A stretch of DNA of 64,000 nt, from assembly GCA_035507575.1 (NCBI GenBank), contig DATJNY010000006.1:1930-65929 (forward strand), written 5' to 3'. Origin of the DNA: Thermoplasmata archaeon. Lineage in GTDB: Archaea > Thermoplasmatota > Thermoplasmata > Lutacidiplasmatales > UBA184. Within the stretch, counting starts at the first letter, position 1, and each line of letters begins with the position of its first letter. The notes beneath the pieces were generated by a model that saw only the letters and a list, made by a program, of their open reading frames with translations, did no database searches and was not told where the DNA came from. This document shows, piece after piece, positions 47,141 through 57,383 of this stretch. Both the position numbers and the translations under genes were made by a program.

Positions 47141-48439
47141 ATGCCCCCCGGCGTGCTGCGCGGATTCCGCGACTATCCCCCGCCCGAGGCCGGGGCCCGT
47201 TCGGAGCTCCGCCGCCGGATGCGCGCCGCCGCCCGGCGCTCGGGGTACGTCGAGCTCGAGACCCCGTGCGTCGAGAGCTTCGAGCTCTACCAGGTGAAGA
47301 GCGGCGAGGGGATCGCCGCCGAGACGTGGCTGTTCCACGACAAGGGGGACCGTCCGGTCGCTCTCGTGCCCGAGACGACCCCGTCGCTGGCGCGCGTCTA
47401 CGTCGAGCGGGCGAAGTCGGAGCCGCTGCCCGTGAAGTGGTTCACCCTCTCGAAGATCTGGCGGTACGAGGAACCCCAGGCCGGGCGCACCCGCGAGTTC
47501 CTTCAGTTCAACCTCGACATCCTGGGCGTCCCGGGGGTCGAGGCCGAGGCGGACCTCCTCGCGACGGCCGCCCTCGTGCTCGACGAGGTCGGCGCCGAGG
47601 GGCTCTACGCCTTCCGGATCAACGACCGGGCCGTGGCCGCGGGCATCGGCCGGCGCTTCGGGGCGACGGATCCGGTCCGGTTCTTCCGGGCCGTCGACCG
47701 GTTCCTCAAGGTCCCCGCGAGCGAGTTCGAGGCGGATCTCGCCGCCGCCGGCGTCGGCCCGGATTCCGCGTCCGAGCTCACCGCGTTGATCCAGTCGGCG
47801 GGAGGGGGCGTGCCTCCGGCGCAGGTCGGGGCGTTCCTCGACGCGCTCGCGGGCCGGGGCCTCGACGACGCCGCGCGGGCGGGCGTCGAGCGGCTCAAGG
47901 CGCTCTTCGCGCTGCTCGTCGCCGCGGGCCTCTCGGACCGCGTCGTCTACGATCCCACGGTGGTCCGGGGCCTCGCCTACTACACCTCCACGGTCTTCGA
48001 GGCCTACGCGCGCGCCGGCGGCCGGTCCGTCTTCGGGGGCGGGCGGTACGACCACCTCATGGAGCTGTTCGACGGGCCGCCGACGCCCGCCGCCGGGCTC
48101 GCCATCGGCGACCAGACCCTCGAACTTCTGCTCAAGAACGCGGGGCGCTGGCCGGACGGCGAACCGCCGCTCCACACCTACGTCGTCGTCGTGCAGCCGT
48201 CCCACACGCCGAAGGCGATCGAACTCGTCCAGGAGCTGCGTCGCGCCGGCCTCTCCGCCGACTGCGATCTCCTCGCCCGCTCGATGTCGCGTCAGCTCAA
48301 GGAAGCGGCCCGTCGCCGGGCGAGCCGGGCCCTGATCCTCGGTCTGAAGGAGGCGGGGCCGGAGGCGGTCGTCGAGCGGAATCTCGAGAGTGGGGCGCAG
48401 CGGGTGGTCCCTCGGCACGAGCTGGCACGATCGGCGTGA
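47141..48439 (+). CDS. hisS: Histidine--tRNA ligase
   Basis: GFRDY, class II motifs (WRYEEPQAGRTREF, GGGRYD) and an anticodon-binding C-terminus. A TCTATAG box lies 28 nt upstream of the ATG. Confidence 0.9.
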   Translation: MPPGVLRGFRDYPPPEAGARSELRRRMRAAARRSGYVELETPCVESFELYQVKSGEGIAAETWLFHDKGDRPVALVPETTPSLARVYVERAKSEPLPVKWFTLSKIWRYEEPQAGRTREFLQFNLDILGVPGVEAEADLLATAALVLDEVGAEGLYAFRINDRAVAAGIGRRFGATDPVRFFRAVDRFLKVPASEFEADLAAAGVGPDSASELTALIQSAGGGVPPAQVGAFLDALAGRGLDDAARAGVERLKALFALLVAAGLSDRVVYDPTVVRGLAYYTSTVFEAYARAGGRSVFGGGRYDHLMELFDGPPTPAAGLAIGDQTLELLLKNAGRWPDGEPPLHTYVVVVQPSHTPKAIELVQELRRAGLSADCDLLARSMSRQLKEAARRRASRALILGLKEAGPEAVVERNLESGAQRVVPRHELARSA

Positions 48440-49181
48440 TCCCCTCGAACGTCGTGCCGTCCCAGAGCAGGATCCCGTCCGGGGACGTCGCGCCGTCGAC
48501 GTAGCCGTACCAGTAGACGACCGCTCCCTCGCCGAACAGCTCGGTGTACGGCCCGAGCTGGCGCTTCAGGTTCTTCCGGAGCTCGACGTCGTCGCCGAAG
48601 TTCGCCTTCGACTCGATCCAGGTGAGCTTCTGTCCGTAGAAGATGATCGGTTCGTCGAGGAGCGCGTCCGGCGTCTTCGCGTACTTGCCGCGAAGGTCCT
48701 TCTCCGTCCGGTAGCCGATCCCGTGCTTCTCCAGCCAACGCTGGAGCCGCTCCTCGCCCTTGCGCCCGCGCTCGCGCTGCAGCTCCATGCCTCGGGGCGA
48801 GTAGATCATGTCGGCCGCGAGGAGCTGCTCGACCTCGCGGCGCAGTCGCGCGTCGGGGGCGGTCTCGGGGTGGAGGAACGTCCCCCAGACCTTCTTGCGC
48901 GGGATGCCGAGCTCGCCGAGCATCTGCTGGCCGAGCAGGACCGGCGGGAACCGCAGCTCCCGGGCCATGTCGAGCATCGTCCGGCCCCGTTTCCACTGGC
49001 TGGCGAGGTGGGGCATCTGCCGCTTGACCGGATAGAAGCGGCGGGTCGCGTCCCGCGTCACGCGGTGCGTGTGGATGACGAAGAGGAGCTCCTCATCGAG
49101 ATGCTCCTGGTGCGCGACGCGATGGACATCCTCGTAGGTGACGAGGGTGTCCAGCAATCGCTGGTAGGTCGCTCGGTCCAT
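48297..49181 (-). CDS. PD-(D/E)XK nuclease-like protein with a TPD motif (CDIN1/C15orf41-like), tentative
   Basis: KTPDALLDEP...LTWIESKANFGD matches a D...ExK nuclease core. The N-terminal half is helical. A Pro-rich tail is encoded antisense to the hisS 3' end. Confidence 0.5.
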   Translation of the reverse strand: MDRATYQRLLDTLVTYEDVHRVAHQEHLDEELLFVIHTHRVTRDATRRFYPVKRQMPHLASQWKRGRTMLDMARELRFPPVLLGQQMLGELGIPRKKVWGTFLHPETAPDARLRREVEQLLAADMIYSPRGMELQRERGRKGEERLQRWLEKHGIGYRTEKDLRGKYAKTPDALLDEPIIFYGQKLTWIESKANFGDDVELRKNLKRQLGPYTELFGEGAVVYWYGYVDGATSPDGILLWDGTTFEGITPIVPARAEGPPAAPHSRDSARRPPPAPPPSDRGSGPGSPGDGPLP

Positions 49182-49255
49182 TGGGCGAAGTCCGTAAACG
49201 GCGGTCGCGGAGCGTTACTCGCGGATAAGGTTGCGCTGCGCCGGCGCGGGGCGTC

Positions 49256-50065
49256 TCACTCGCGCCAGTCGAGTCCGATGGTCCGGAAGCCGACCTTCGC
49301 GACCGGGGCGGCGCGCCGCTTGTGACGGCTCTTCGCGACACGCTCCGCCACTCCGCGGACCTGAGCGATCGGGAGACCGGTCCGCTCCGCGATCTCCTCC
49401 TCCGTGCGGAGGCGCTCGAGACCGTAGAGGATCCGGTCGATCGCCGAGTACGGCAGCCCGAGCTCGGCTTCGTCGGTCTGTCCTTCCCAGAGCCCCGCGG
49501 TCGGGGCGCGGGTCCGGATCGGGAGCGGCAGCCCGAGCTGCTCCGCGAGCGCGTTCACCTCGGTCTTGTACAGATCCCCGATCGGCAGCAGGTCGACGCC
49601 CCCGTCGCCGTACTTGGTGAAGTAGCCGAGCAGGAGCTCGGACTTGTTGCCCGTTCCCGCGACGAGGCGGCGGCGCTCCCGGGCGAGGGCGTACAGGACG
49701 ATCATGCGGAGACGGGCGACGAGGTTGCCGCGGGTCACGCGGTCCGTGACCTCGGGAAGGAGTTGATGGAGGGCGACGACCGCCGGCCCGAGCGGAACGG
49801 TGTGCGACGCGATGCCGAGCGACCGGGCGTACTCCTCCGTCTCGGTGAGGAGGTCCGGGGGGAATCCGGCGTCGGGGAGCAGCACGCCGAGGACCCGGTC
49901 GGCGCCGAGCGCGTCCCGGGCGAGCCGCGCGGTCAAGGCGCTGTCGACGCCGCCAGAGAGGCCGATCACGACGCCGGTGTTGCCGTCCGCGAGCGCGTGG
50001 GCCCGCAGGAACTGGTGGATCGTCGACTCGGCCTGCGGCGAGAGGCTCGGCGTGTCGGCGCTCAT
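49256..50065 (-). CDS. nadE: NH3-dependent NAD+ synthetase
   Basis: PP-loop GLSGGVDSALTA and GTGNKSELLLGYFTKYGDGG. The ATG at 50065 overlaps the upstream stop. Confidence 0.9.
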   Translation of the reverse strand: MSADTPSLSPQAESTIHQFLRAHALADGNTGVVIGLSGGVDSALTARLARDALGADRVLGVLLPDAGFPPDLLTETEEYARSLGIASHTVPLGPAVVALHQLLPEVTDRVTRGNLVARLRMIVLYALARERRRLVAGTGNKSELLLGYFTKYGDGGVDLLPIGDLYKTEVNALAEQLGLPLPIRTRAPTAGLWEGQTDEAELGLPYSAIDRILYGLERLRTEEEIAERTGLPIAQVRGVAERVAKSRHKRRAAPVAKVGFRTIGLDWRE

Positions 50066-51084
50066 GCCTCGACCCCGAGGGCCTCGAGATTCCGGGCGGC
50101 CGCCCACGTCGCCTTGCACTCGCAGTCGAGCTCGTCGAGCGGCCCGAACTCCTGGGCGAGCGACGCCTCCTCGATCGCGGCGAGCACGCGGGCGTCGCAC
50201 TCCCCGCAATTGTGGGGGCCGCGCGCGAGCCCACCGGCGGTCGGGAACGACACGAGCCGCGCGCTCCCCCGATCGCGAGCCCCGCGGGAGAGTGCCTCCA
50301 CGACCGACCAGAGCCACGGGGGCCGGTATCGGCCGCGATGGTAGAGCCACTCCACGACGGTGCCGTTCTGGATGTGCACGGGATTGACGGAGAGCGCGTC
50401 GAAGCGTCGGGCGGCGATCCCGATCGACCGGACCACGTCGTCCGCGGCTTCGGCCTCCGTCAGATAGGGCGGCTTGAGCAGGAGGTACGCCTTCGCGCGG
50501 GCCCCGGCCTCGCGCACGCGGTCGGCCGCGGAGAAGTACGCCTCGGGCGGCGCGTTCTTGTGCACGTATCGCGCGAGCACGAGCGGGTCGGCGGTCTCGA
50601 GACCGAGCGCCACCTCGAGCTCGCCGGCGAACGCCGCGCGGAGGGGGGCGAGGGTCTCGGCGGTCGCGAACTCGGGCAACGTTTCGAACAGCAGTCGGCG
50701 CGCCCGCCCCGAGAACGCGCGGACGAAGCGCTGGCGGCTCTCGGAGTCGACCTCGCGATCGTCGAGGAAGCTTCCCGACGTGTACACCTTGACGTACGGT
50801 TCGCCCCGGTACCGCGTGAGCACGCGATCGAACTGCTCCGCGAGCTCCTCGGGCGTCGCGGAACGGCCGAGGGTATCCTTCGCGTAGCCGCACATCGAGC
50901 AGCCCTTCGCGTCGGCCCAGTAACAGCCGCGCGTCTTCAGGATCACGACGAAGGCGGAGACCCGCTCGGTGCCGAGCGCTTCCGGCTCCACCCACTGGTT
51001 CACGTAGCGGCGGGCGGCGTCGGGCTCCGCCGGCGACGGCCGGCGGTCGTGCGCGACGGTCCGGGCGAGGGAAGGACCGCTCAC
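50062..51084 (-). CDS. Radical SAM protein, TIGR01210 / archaeosine RaSEA-like
   Basis: ILKTRGCYWADAKGCSMCGY cluster motif, about 340 aa. The GTG at 51084 overlaps the upstream stop. Confidence 0.55.
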   Translation of the reverse strand: MSGPSLARTVAHDRRPSPAEPDAARRYVNQWVEPEALGTERVSAFVVILKTRGCYWADAKGCSMCGYAKDTLGRSATPEELAEQFDRVLTRYRGEPYVKVYTSGSFLDDREVDSESRQRFVRAFSGRARRLLFETLPEFATAETLAPLRAAFAGELEVALGLETADPLVLARYVHKNAPPEAYFSAADRVREAGARAKAYLLLKPPYLTEAEAADDVVRSIGIAARRFDALSVNPVHIQNGTVVEWLYHRGRYRPPWLWSVVEALSRGARDRGSARLVSFPTAGGLARGPHNCGECDARVLAAIEEASLAQEFGPLDELDCECKATWAAARNLEALGVEA

Positions 51085-51782
51085 GTCTCCTCGACCTCCA
51101 GCTCCACGGGGTCCCCGTCCTTGAGTCCGAGCGCCTCGCGCAGGCAGTCCGCGGCGATGAATTCGACGACGTCCTGGTAGTGGGTCCGGTCCGGGTGGAT
51201 GAGGTGGCAGGTGTGCCCGTTCATCCGCGCCGGGAAGCAGGTCGCGCCGCCGAACGTCCGTCCGCTCGCCTGAAACCCGTCGATCCGGAGGCCGGAGCCC
51301 CCGCTCACGAGCTCGACCTTGCGGAGGGCGGCCCCGTCGACGCGTACGTTCAGCGTCCCGGGATACGGCGCGTAGCCGAGGCGTTCGGTGAACTGCACGA
51401 CGTACCCGGGTTGGCTGAGGTAGTAGCGGCCCTCCCCGAGCCCCGAGGCGACGCGCCCCGAGAAGGCGATCGTGGACGGCCCCTCGAAGATCCGGTGGTA
51501 CGTCCGATACTCGGCCCGGAGCAGCGCCATCGCGGCGGCCGTCAGGGCGACGCGCTGGCGTCGCTGGGCGAGCGAACGGGTCGCGAGCCCCTTCTTCTCG
51601 AGCGCGACGAGGTAGCGGTCGGCCGCCTGCTGGCTGACGCCGAGCCGTTCCCCGATCTCTCGGGACGTGACCACCACCGGCGAGCGATCCGCCCCGGCGA
51701 CGGCGAGGAGTTTCAGGACGGCGAGGGTATCCCCGAGCGGGCGGGGTCGGGCTGCCTCCGCGGGCGCCTTCTTCGCCGGCAC
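51081..51782 (-). CDS. HTH-fused CTP-dependent riboflavin kinase (RbkR-type regulator/kinase)
   Basis: An N-terminal winged-helix region (SREIGERLGVSQQAADRYLVALEKKGL) is followed by an archaeal riboflavin kinase domain (GLGEGRYYLS, PYPGTLNV). Confidence 0.75.
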   Translation of the reverse strand: MPAKKAPAEAARPRPLGDTLAVLKLLAVAGADRSPVVVTSREIGERLGVSQQAADRYLVALEKKGLATRSLAQRRQRVALTAAAMALLRAEYRTYHRIFEGPSTIAFSGRVASGLGEGRYYLSQPGYVVQFTERLGYAPYPGTLNVRVDGAALRKVELVSGGSGLRIDGFQASGRTFGGATCFPARMNGHTCHLIHPDRTHYQDVVEFIAADCLREALGLKDGDPVELEVEET

Positions 51783-51786
51783 GGGA

Positions 51787-52023
51787 TCACGCCGGCTTCG
51801 CGCCCTGCGGGGCGTGCAGCGACACGACGTTCGAGCCCCGCAGCACGACGCGCCCGAGATGCCGCGAAGCCTCCGCGGTGGTCTCGTCGGCGTCGTCGAG
51901 AACGAGGTTCATGTGCTCGTCCAGCGCGAGGAGCTTCCCCGAGAGCGAGCGCGAATCCTTCAGGAGCAGCGTGACCCGCTGCTGCAGCACGCGCTCGAGG
52001 AGCGGCGTCGGGGCGTCCACCAT
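51787..52023 (-). CDS. Sm-like (LSm) RNA-binding protein
   Basis: Sm1 (LKDSRSLSGKLLALDEHMNLVLDDA) and Sm2 (GRVVLRGSNVVSL) motifs. 78 aa. Confidence 0.8.
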   Translation of the reverse strand: MVDAPTPLLERVLQQRVTLLLKDSRSLSGKLLALDEHMNLVLDDADETTAEASRHLGRVVLRGSNVVSLHAPQGAKPA

Positions 52024-52109
52024 CGGCGGAACGACCGACCCCGGGAGATAGCGTTTGCCCGGTGGCCGGGCCGCTGAGGATAAAGGGGGACGGCCGCGTG
52101 GACCCGACC

Positions 52110-53240
52110 ATGACGGGTGCGCCGCACGTGTCGAAGGGCCTCGACGACGTCCTCGTGGGTCGGTCGTCGATCAGCTGGGTCGGGGGCGAGACCGGGGACC
52201 TCGTCTACCGGGGATTCGACGTCCGGGACATCGTCCCCGGGGTCCCGTACGAGTCGATCGTCCACCTGCTGCTGTTCGGCGAGCCCCCGTCGGCCGATCC
52301 GTCCCGGGAGGTCGGGCGCGAGCTCGCCGCCCGGCGCGACGTTCCGCCGTCGATCGAGCGGGTCGTCGACGCGCTCCCCGAGGGGATGCCGCCGCTCGAG
52401 GCGCTTCGCACCATCCTCTCGTCGCTCGGGACGGGAACGTACGGCTATCCCCCGACCCGGGAGCAGGGGTTCGACTTGATCGCCCGGACCCCCGTCCTGC
52501 TCGCCCGCTACGTGCGCCGCTCGCGCGGCGCGGCGCCAATCCCCCCGCGCGCCGACCTCGGTCACGCCGCGAACTACCTCTGGATGCTGTTCGGGGCGCC
52601 GCCCGAGGCACGGCACGTCGCAGCGCTCGAAGGGTACCTGGCGCTGCTCGCGGACCACGGGATGAACGCCTCCACCTTCGCGCTCCGCGTCGCGATCTCG
52701 ACCCAATCCGACCTCGTGAGCGGCATGACCGCCGCACTCGGGACCCTGAAGGGCCCCGTCCACGGCGGCGCGCCGAGCCGCGTCTCGGACATGCTGGATG
52801 CGATCGGATCGCCGGACCGCGCCGAGGCGTGGATCCAGGACCGGCTCGCCCGCAAGGAGGTGCTCTACGGGTTCGGCCACCGCGCCTACAAGACCGACGA
52901 CCCCCGCGGGCTCGTCCTCCACCGGATCGCGCGGGACGTCGCCGACCCGCATCGACTCGCGCTCGCCGAGGCGGTCGAGGCGACCGCGCTCGCCGCGCTC
53001 CGGCGCGAGAAGCCCGGTGCCCGGCTGTTCACGAACGTGGAGTACTACAGCGCGGTCGTGCTCGAGGGCGTCGGCCTCCCCCGCGACCTGTTCACGCCCA
53101 CGTTCGCCGTGGCCCGCACGGCGGGTTGGACGGCGCACGCGCTCGAGCAGGCGTCCGACAACCGCCTGATCCGGCCCGACGTCGAGTACGTCGGCCCGCC
53201 GAAGGGTCGGGCGTGGCCGCGGCCGCTGCCGGGGCGTTAG
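52110..53240 (+). CDS. Citrate synthase
   Basis: KGPVHGGA and GFGHRAYKTDDPR motifs. The ATG at 52110 lies 28 nt downstream of a GGATAAAGG box. Confidence 0.9.
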   Translation: MTGAPHVSKGLDDVLVGRSSISWVGGETGDLVYRGFDVRDIVPGVPYESIVHLLLFGEPPSADPSREVGRELAARRDVPPSIERVVDALPEGMPPLEALRTILSSLGTGTYGYPPTREQGFDLIARTPVLLARYVRRSRGAAPIPPRADLGHAANYLWMLFGAPPEARHVAALEGYLALLADHGMNASTFALRVAISTQSDLVSGMTAALGTLKGPVHGGAPSRVSDMLDAIGSPDRAEAWIQDRLARKEVLYGFGHRAYKTDDPRGLVLHRIARDVADPHRLALAEAVEATALAALRREKPGARLFTNVEYYSAVVLEGVGLPRDLFTPTFAVARTAGWTAHALEQASDNRLIRPDVEYVGPPKGRAWPRPLPGR

Positions 53241-53259
53241 CCCCCGCGACGCGCGTCGT

Positions 53260-55167
53260 CTAGGACGACCCGGTCTCTCCGCCGGTGTCCTTGTCGACGA
53301 CCTTGAAGTCGGCGTCCACCGGGCCCCCGGCGCCGGCATCGTGCTCCGGCGGCGGAGCGGCCGCGCCGTCCCCGGGGGGAGGAGCGCTCGAGGAGCCGCC
53401 GGGCGGCGGCGTCCCGCTCGCGTAGAGGCGCTTCGAGATCGCGTGCAGCGTCGTGGTGAGCTCGTCGGTCTTCGTACGGATCTCGCCGAGCGTGGCGTCC
53501 TTCTTCCCGAGCACGTTCCGCAGTTCCTTCACCTTCTCCTGCACCGCGCTGGACTCCGCCGCTTCGACCTTGTCCTTCGCCTCGGTGAGCAGCCGTTCGG
53601 CCTCGTAGGCGAGCGACTCGGCCTGGTTCTTCGCCTGGACGAGCTCGGCCCGGGCCTTGTCGGCGTCCGCGAACTGCTCGGCCTGCTGGACCATCTTGGC
53701 GACGTCCTCCTTCGAGAGCTTGTTCGAGGCAGCGATCGTGATCCCCTGCTTCCGGCCGGACGCGAGGTCCTTCGCCGAGACGTTGAGGATGCCGTTCGCG
53801 TCGATGTCGAAGCTCACCTCGACCTGCGGCACGCCGCGGGGCGCCGGCGGAATCCCGGTCAGGAGGAAGCTTCCGAGGGCGACGTTGTCCTCCGCCATCG
53901 GGCGCTCGCCCTGGGAGATCTGGATCTCGACCGTGGACTGGTTGTCCGAGGCGGTCGTGAACGTCTGGCTCTTGTGGGTCGGGATCGTCGTGTTCCGATC
54001 GATCAGCCGGGTGAACACCCCGCCCATCGTCTCGATGCCGAGCGAGAGCGGCGTCACATCGAGCAGGAGGACATCCTTGACCTCCCCCGCGAGCACACCG
54101 CCCTGGATCGCGGCGCCCATCGCGACGCACTCCATCGGATCGACGCCGCGCTCGATGGGCCGACCGATCGACGTTTCGAGGAACTTCTGGACGATCGGCA
54201 TACGCGTCGGCCCGCCGACGAGCACGATCCGACTGATGTCGTCCTTGGCGAGCTTGGCGTCCTTCAGCGCCTGCTCCACCGGGGCGCGGCACCGGTCGAC
54301 GATCGGCCGAACGAGCTCCTCGAGCTTCGCCCGGGTGAGGGTCAGCGCGAGGTGCTTCGGGCCCTCGTTCGTTGCCGTCAGGAACGGGAGGTTGATCTGG
54401 GTCTCGAGCGTCGAGGAGAGTTCGATCTTCGCCTTCTCGGCCGCATCACGAACCCGCTGCATCGCCATCTTGTCCTTGCGGATGTCGACGCCGGACTCCT
54501 TCTGGAACTCCGCGGCGACCCACTCGGTCGTCACCGCGTCCATGTCGGTGCCTCCGAGCTGGGTGTCGCCGCTCGTCGAGACGACCTCGAAGACGCCTTC
54601 CCCGAAGTCCATGATCGTCACGTCGAGCGTGCCGCCCCCGAGATCGAAGACGAGGATCTTCTGATTCTTGCCCGCCTTGTCGAGCCCGTAGGCGAGCGAC
54701 GCAGCGGTCGGTTCGTTGATGATCCGGACGACATCGAGGCCAGCGATCGCGCCGGCGTCCTTCGTCGCCTGGCGCTGGTTGTCGTTGAAGTAGGCGGGGA
54801 CGGTGATGACGGCCTTCTCGACCTTCTCCCCGAGGAACGCCTCGGCGTCCCGCTTGACCTTCTGGAGCAAGAACGCGGAGAGCTGCTGCGGAGTGTACTC
54901 CTTGCCGTGCAGTTTGTACTTGTAATCGGTGCCCATCTTCCGCTTGAACGCGGTGACCGTACCTTCCGGGTTCGAGATCGCTTGACGGCGGGCCGGCTCG
55001 CCCACGATCAGCTGGCCGTCCTTGGTGAACGCCACGTACGACGGGAACGCCTTCCCGCCGCCCGTCGTCGTCCCTTCGGCACTGGGGATGATGACGGGTC
55101 GCCCGCCTTCCAGCATCGCGGCCGCCGAGTTGCTCGTCCCGAGATCGATTCCGATAATTTTCGCCAT
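53260..55167 (-). CDS. dnaK: Molecular chaperone DnaK (Hsp70)
   Basis: [23 protein letters not shown] and VGGPTRMP motifs. 635 aa from the ATG at 55167. An AT-rich TTTTTATA element (55244..55251) lies upstream. Confidence 0.95.
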   Translation of the reverse strand: MAKIIGIDLGTSNSAAAMLEGGRPVIIPSAEGTTTGGGKAFPSYVAFTKDGQLIVGEPARRQAISNPEGTVTAFKRKMGTDYKYKLHGKEYTPQQLSAFLLQKVKRDAEAFLGEKVEKAVITVPAYFNDNQRQATKDAGAIAGLDVVRIINEPTAASLAYGLDKAGKNQKILVFDLGGGTLDVTIMDFGEGVFEVVSTSGDTQLGGTDMDAVTTEWVAAEFQKESGVDIRKDKMAMQRVRDAAEKAKIELSSTLETQINLPFLTATNEGPKHLALTLTRAKLEELVRPIVDRCRAPVEQALKDAKLAKDDISRIVLVGGPTRMPIVQKFLETSIGRPIERGVDPMECVAMGAAIQGGVLAGEVKDVLLLDVTPLSLGIETMGGVFTRLIDRNTTIPTHKSQTFTTASDNQSTVEIQISQGERPMAEDNVALGSFLLTGIPPAPRGVPQVEVSFDIDANGILNVSAKDLASGRKQGITIAASNKLSKEDVAKMVQQAEQFADADKARAELVQAKNQAESLAYEAERLLTEAKDKVEAAESSAVQEKVKELRNVLGKKDATLGEIRTKTDELTTTLHAISKRLYASGTPPPGGSSSAPPPGDGAAAPPPEHDAGAGGPVDADFKVVDKDTGGETGSS

Positions 55168-55340
55168 GTTGAGACCCCACGCACCCTCCCCGCCGACCCG
55201 GCGAGGAAAGCCCGAATTGTCGAGATAAGTGAGGAAACACTCGTATAAAAAGATGTCATATTTTCCCCCCGAGCGCCGCCCGAGAAGGGCGGGTCCGCCC
55301 GACATCGCGAGCTCGCCCGGCCTCGGCCCGAACCGGATCC

Positions 55341-56126
55341 ATGGGCGAGGCGTCTTGTTCGGGGCGGCGTTCCGCCGGACCGATCATTGTGAGGAACCGA
55401 TCAGAGCACTCGGCCCGCGCGAAGCCGACCGTCGTCCTGTGGGACATGGACGACACGATCTTCGACCACGCGCTCACCTCGCGCGCGGCGCTCGCTCTCG
55501 CCCGTCGCCGCTATCCGGCGCTCCGCGGGCCGACGCTCGACGAGCTCTGGCAGGAGTACGGTCGCCTCCTCGGCATCACCCATATCGAGGTGATGCTCGG
55601 ACGGCGGACCTCCCACGACGCCCGCATCGACCGCTTCCGCCGCCTCGCGGCGTGGGCGGGCCACCGGGTCTCCGCCGACGAGGCCCGCACGATGTCCACG
55701 GATTATCGGGACTGGTACCTCCGCGCCCGCCGGCCGGTGGCCGGAGCGCCGGAGGCCGTGCGCTACCTCCACCGCACGGCCCGGATCGGAGTGGTCACGA
55801 ACAACACCGTCGCGGAGCAGGTGGAGAAGATCGCGTTCTTGGGGCTGAAGGAGTCGATCGATGTCCTGGTCACCTCGGAGGAGGTCGGAGTGGGAAAGCC
55901 CGACCCGGAGATCTTCCGGGTCGCGCTCGAACGTACGGGCGCGAAGCCCCGCGACGCCGTCATGATCGGCGACTCGTGGGCGAGCGACATCGCCGGAGCC
56001 CGGGCCGCCGGGATCCGCGCCGTCTGGTTCAACCGATTCCGCCTTCCGGCACCCGCTGGGACTGACGTTGCCGAGCTCCGGTCGTTCCACTCGCCGGCGG
56101 GCGTGGCGCGACTCTTGACCGGGTAA
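55341..56126 (+). CDS. HAD-IA family hydrolase
   Basis: [13 protein letters not shown] (motif I), VVTNN, and KPDPEIF...[12 protein letters not shown] motifs. The start is uncertain. Confidence 0.7.
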   Translation: MGEASCSGRRSAGPIIVRNRSEHSARAKPTVVLWDMDDTIFDHALTSRAALALARRRYPALRGPTLDELWQEYGRLLGITHIEVMLGRRTSHDARIDRFRRLAAWAGHRVSADEARTMSTDYRDWYLRARRPVAGAPEAVRYLHRTARIGVVTNNTVAEQVEKIAFLGLKESIDVLVTSEEVGVGKPDPEIFRVALERTGAKPRDAVMIGDSWASDIAGARAAGIRAVWFNRFRLPAPAGTDVAELRSFHSPAGVARLLTG

Positions 56127-56186
56127 CGGCTCTCGGCCGGGTTTGGGGCTCCGGCGCATTATATCGGCCCACCGGCTGGGCGGCCG

Positions 56187-57383
56187 ATGGCTCGCGCGCC
56201 CGAGGCGTGGATTCCCGCCGCGCGGAAGGTCTTGCCGGCGATGCGGGCTTGGCGGATGGCGTTCCACCAGGAGCCCGAGCTGTCGCTCCAGGAGACGAAG
56301 ACCCGCGAGAAGGTCATCGCGGCGCTGCGGAGCTTGGACATCCCGTTCCAGACCTACGACAACTTCCCCGGCGTCGTGGGGCTCATCGCCGGTGCGAGCG
56401 ATCGCCCCGTGGTCGCCCTGCGGGCCGACATGGACGGCCTCCCGGTGACCGAAGCGACCGGACTCCCGTACCATTCGCGCTTCGAAGGCCGGATGCATGC
56501 CTGCGGACACGACGTGCACATGGCGGCGTTGCTCGGCGCTGCGGCGATCCTGACTCGGGGCGGGCGGCGTCCGATCGGCCCCGTGAAACTGCTCTTCCAG
56601 CCGGCCGAAGAGGAGGGGCAGCGGGGCGGGGCGCTCCCGCTCATCGAGCGGGGCTGTCTCGAACGGCCGAAGGTCGACTACGTGGTCGGCCAGCACGTCG
56701 AGCCGAACGTACCGCTCGGGAGCGTCCGGTGGAAGTCCGGACCGTTCATGGCGGCGGCCGACTTCTTTCGCATCACGGTGATCGGGCGGGGCGGACACGC
56801 CGCCTCGCCGCACGAAGGCCCCGATGCGATCGTGGCGGCGAGCGAGATCGTGAACGGGCTCCAGGCCCTCGTCAGCCGAATCCGCGACCCGCTCGATCCC
56901 GTCGTGGTGAGCGTCGGCTCGATCCACGGGGGGACGCGGAACAACATCCTTCCCCCCGAGGTCGTCCTCGAGGGGACCGTCCGAACGTTCCGGGCCAGCA
57001 CCCGGGATCTGATCGACCGGGCGTTCCATCGTCGCGTGCGCGCGATCGCCTCGAGCCTCGGCGCCCGGGTCGAGATCGAGTACCGACGCGGGTACCCGAC
57101 GTTGATCAACTCGCCCGAAGTGACTCACGCCGTCGCCGACGCGCTCCGCATCGAGTTCGGCCGGGACCACTGCACGGAGGCCGAGAACCCCGTGATGGGT
57201 GCCGAGGACTTCGCGCGTTACCTGGAGCGGGTCCCCGGTACGTTCCTCCACCTCGGGGTCGGCGTTCCGAACCGGCCCGCCAGCCTTCACTCGGCGACGT
57301 TCGCTCCGGACGAACGGGCGCTCGTCTACGGCGCGGCCGCGTTGGCCGCCGCGGCGGACGCACTGCAGAGGGCCCCCCCGTGA
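56187..57383 (+). CDS. M20 family amidohydrolase (N-acyl-amino acid amidohydrolase / carboxypeptidase type)
   Basis: RADMDGLP, MHACGHDVH and FQPAEEEG motifs. 398 aa. Confidence 0.85.
   Translation: MARAPEAWIPAARKVLPAMRAWRMAFHQEPELSLQETKTREKVIAALRSLDIPFQTYDNFPGVVGLIAGASDRPVVALRADMDGLPVTEATGLPYHSRFEGRMHACGHDVHMAALLGAAAILTRGGRRPIGPVKLLFQPAEEEGQRGGALPLIERGCLERPKVDYVVGQHVEPNVPLGSVRWKSGPFMAAADFFRITVIGRGGHAASPHEGPDAIVAASEIVNGLQALVSRIRDPLDPVVVSVGSIHGGTRNNILPPEVVLEGTVRTFRASTRDLIDRAFHRRVRAIASSLGARVEIEYRRGYPTLINSPEVTHAVADALRIEFGRDHCTEAENPVMGAEDFARYLERVPGTFLHLGVGVPNRPASLHSATFAPDERALVYGAAALAAAADALQRAPP

Noticed and set aside
44516-47297. Long ORFs 44516..46165 (minus strand), 45402..46718 (minus strand), 45462..47297 (plus strand) and 45832..47142 (minus strand)
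   Set aside because: They overlap tiaS and the Zn-ribbon/helical protein gene. Their compositions are dominated by Arg/Pro/Gly/Ala with no recognisable motifs.
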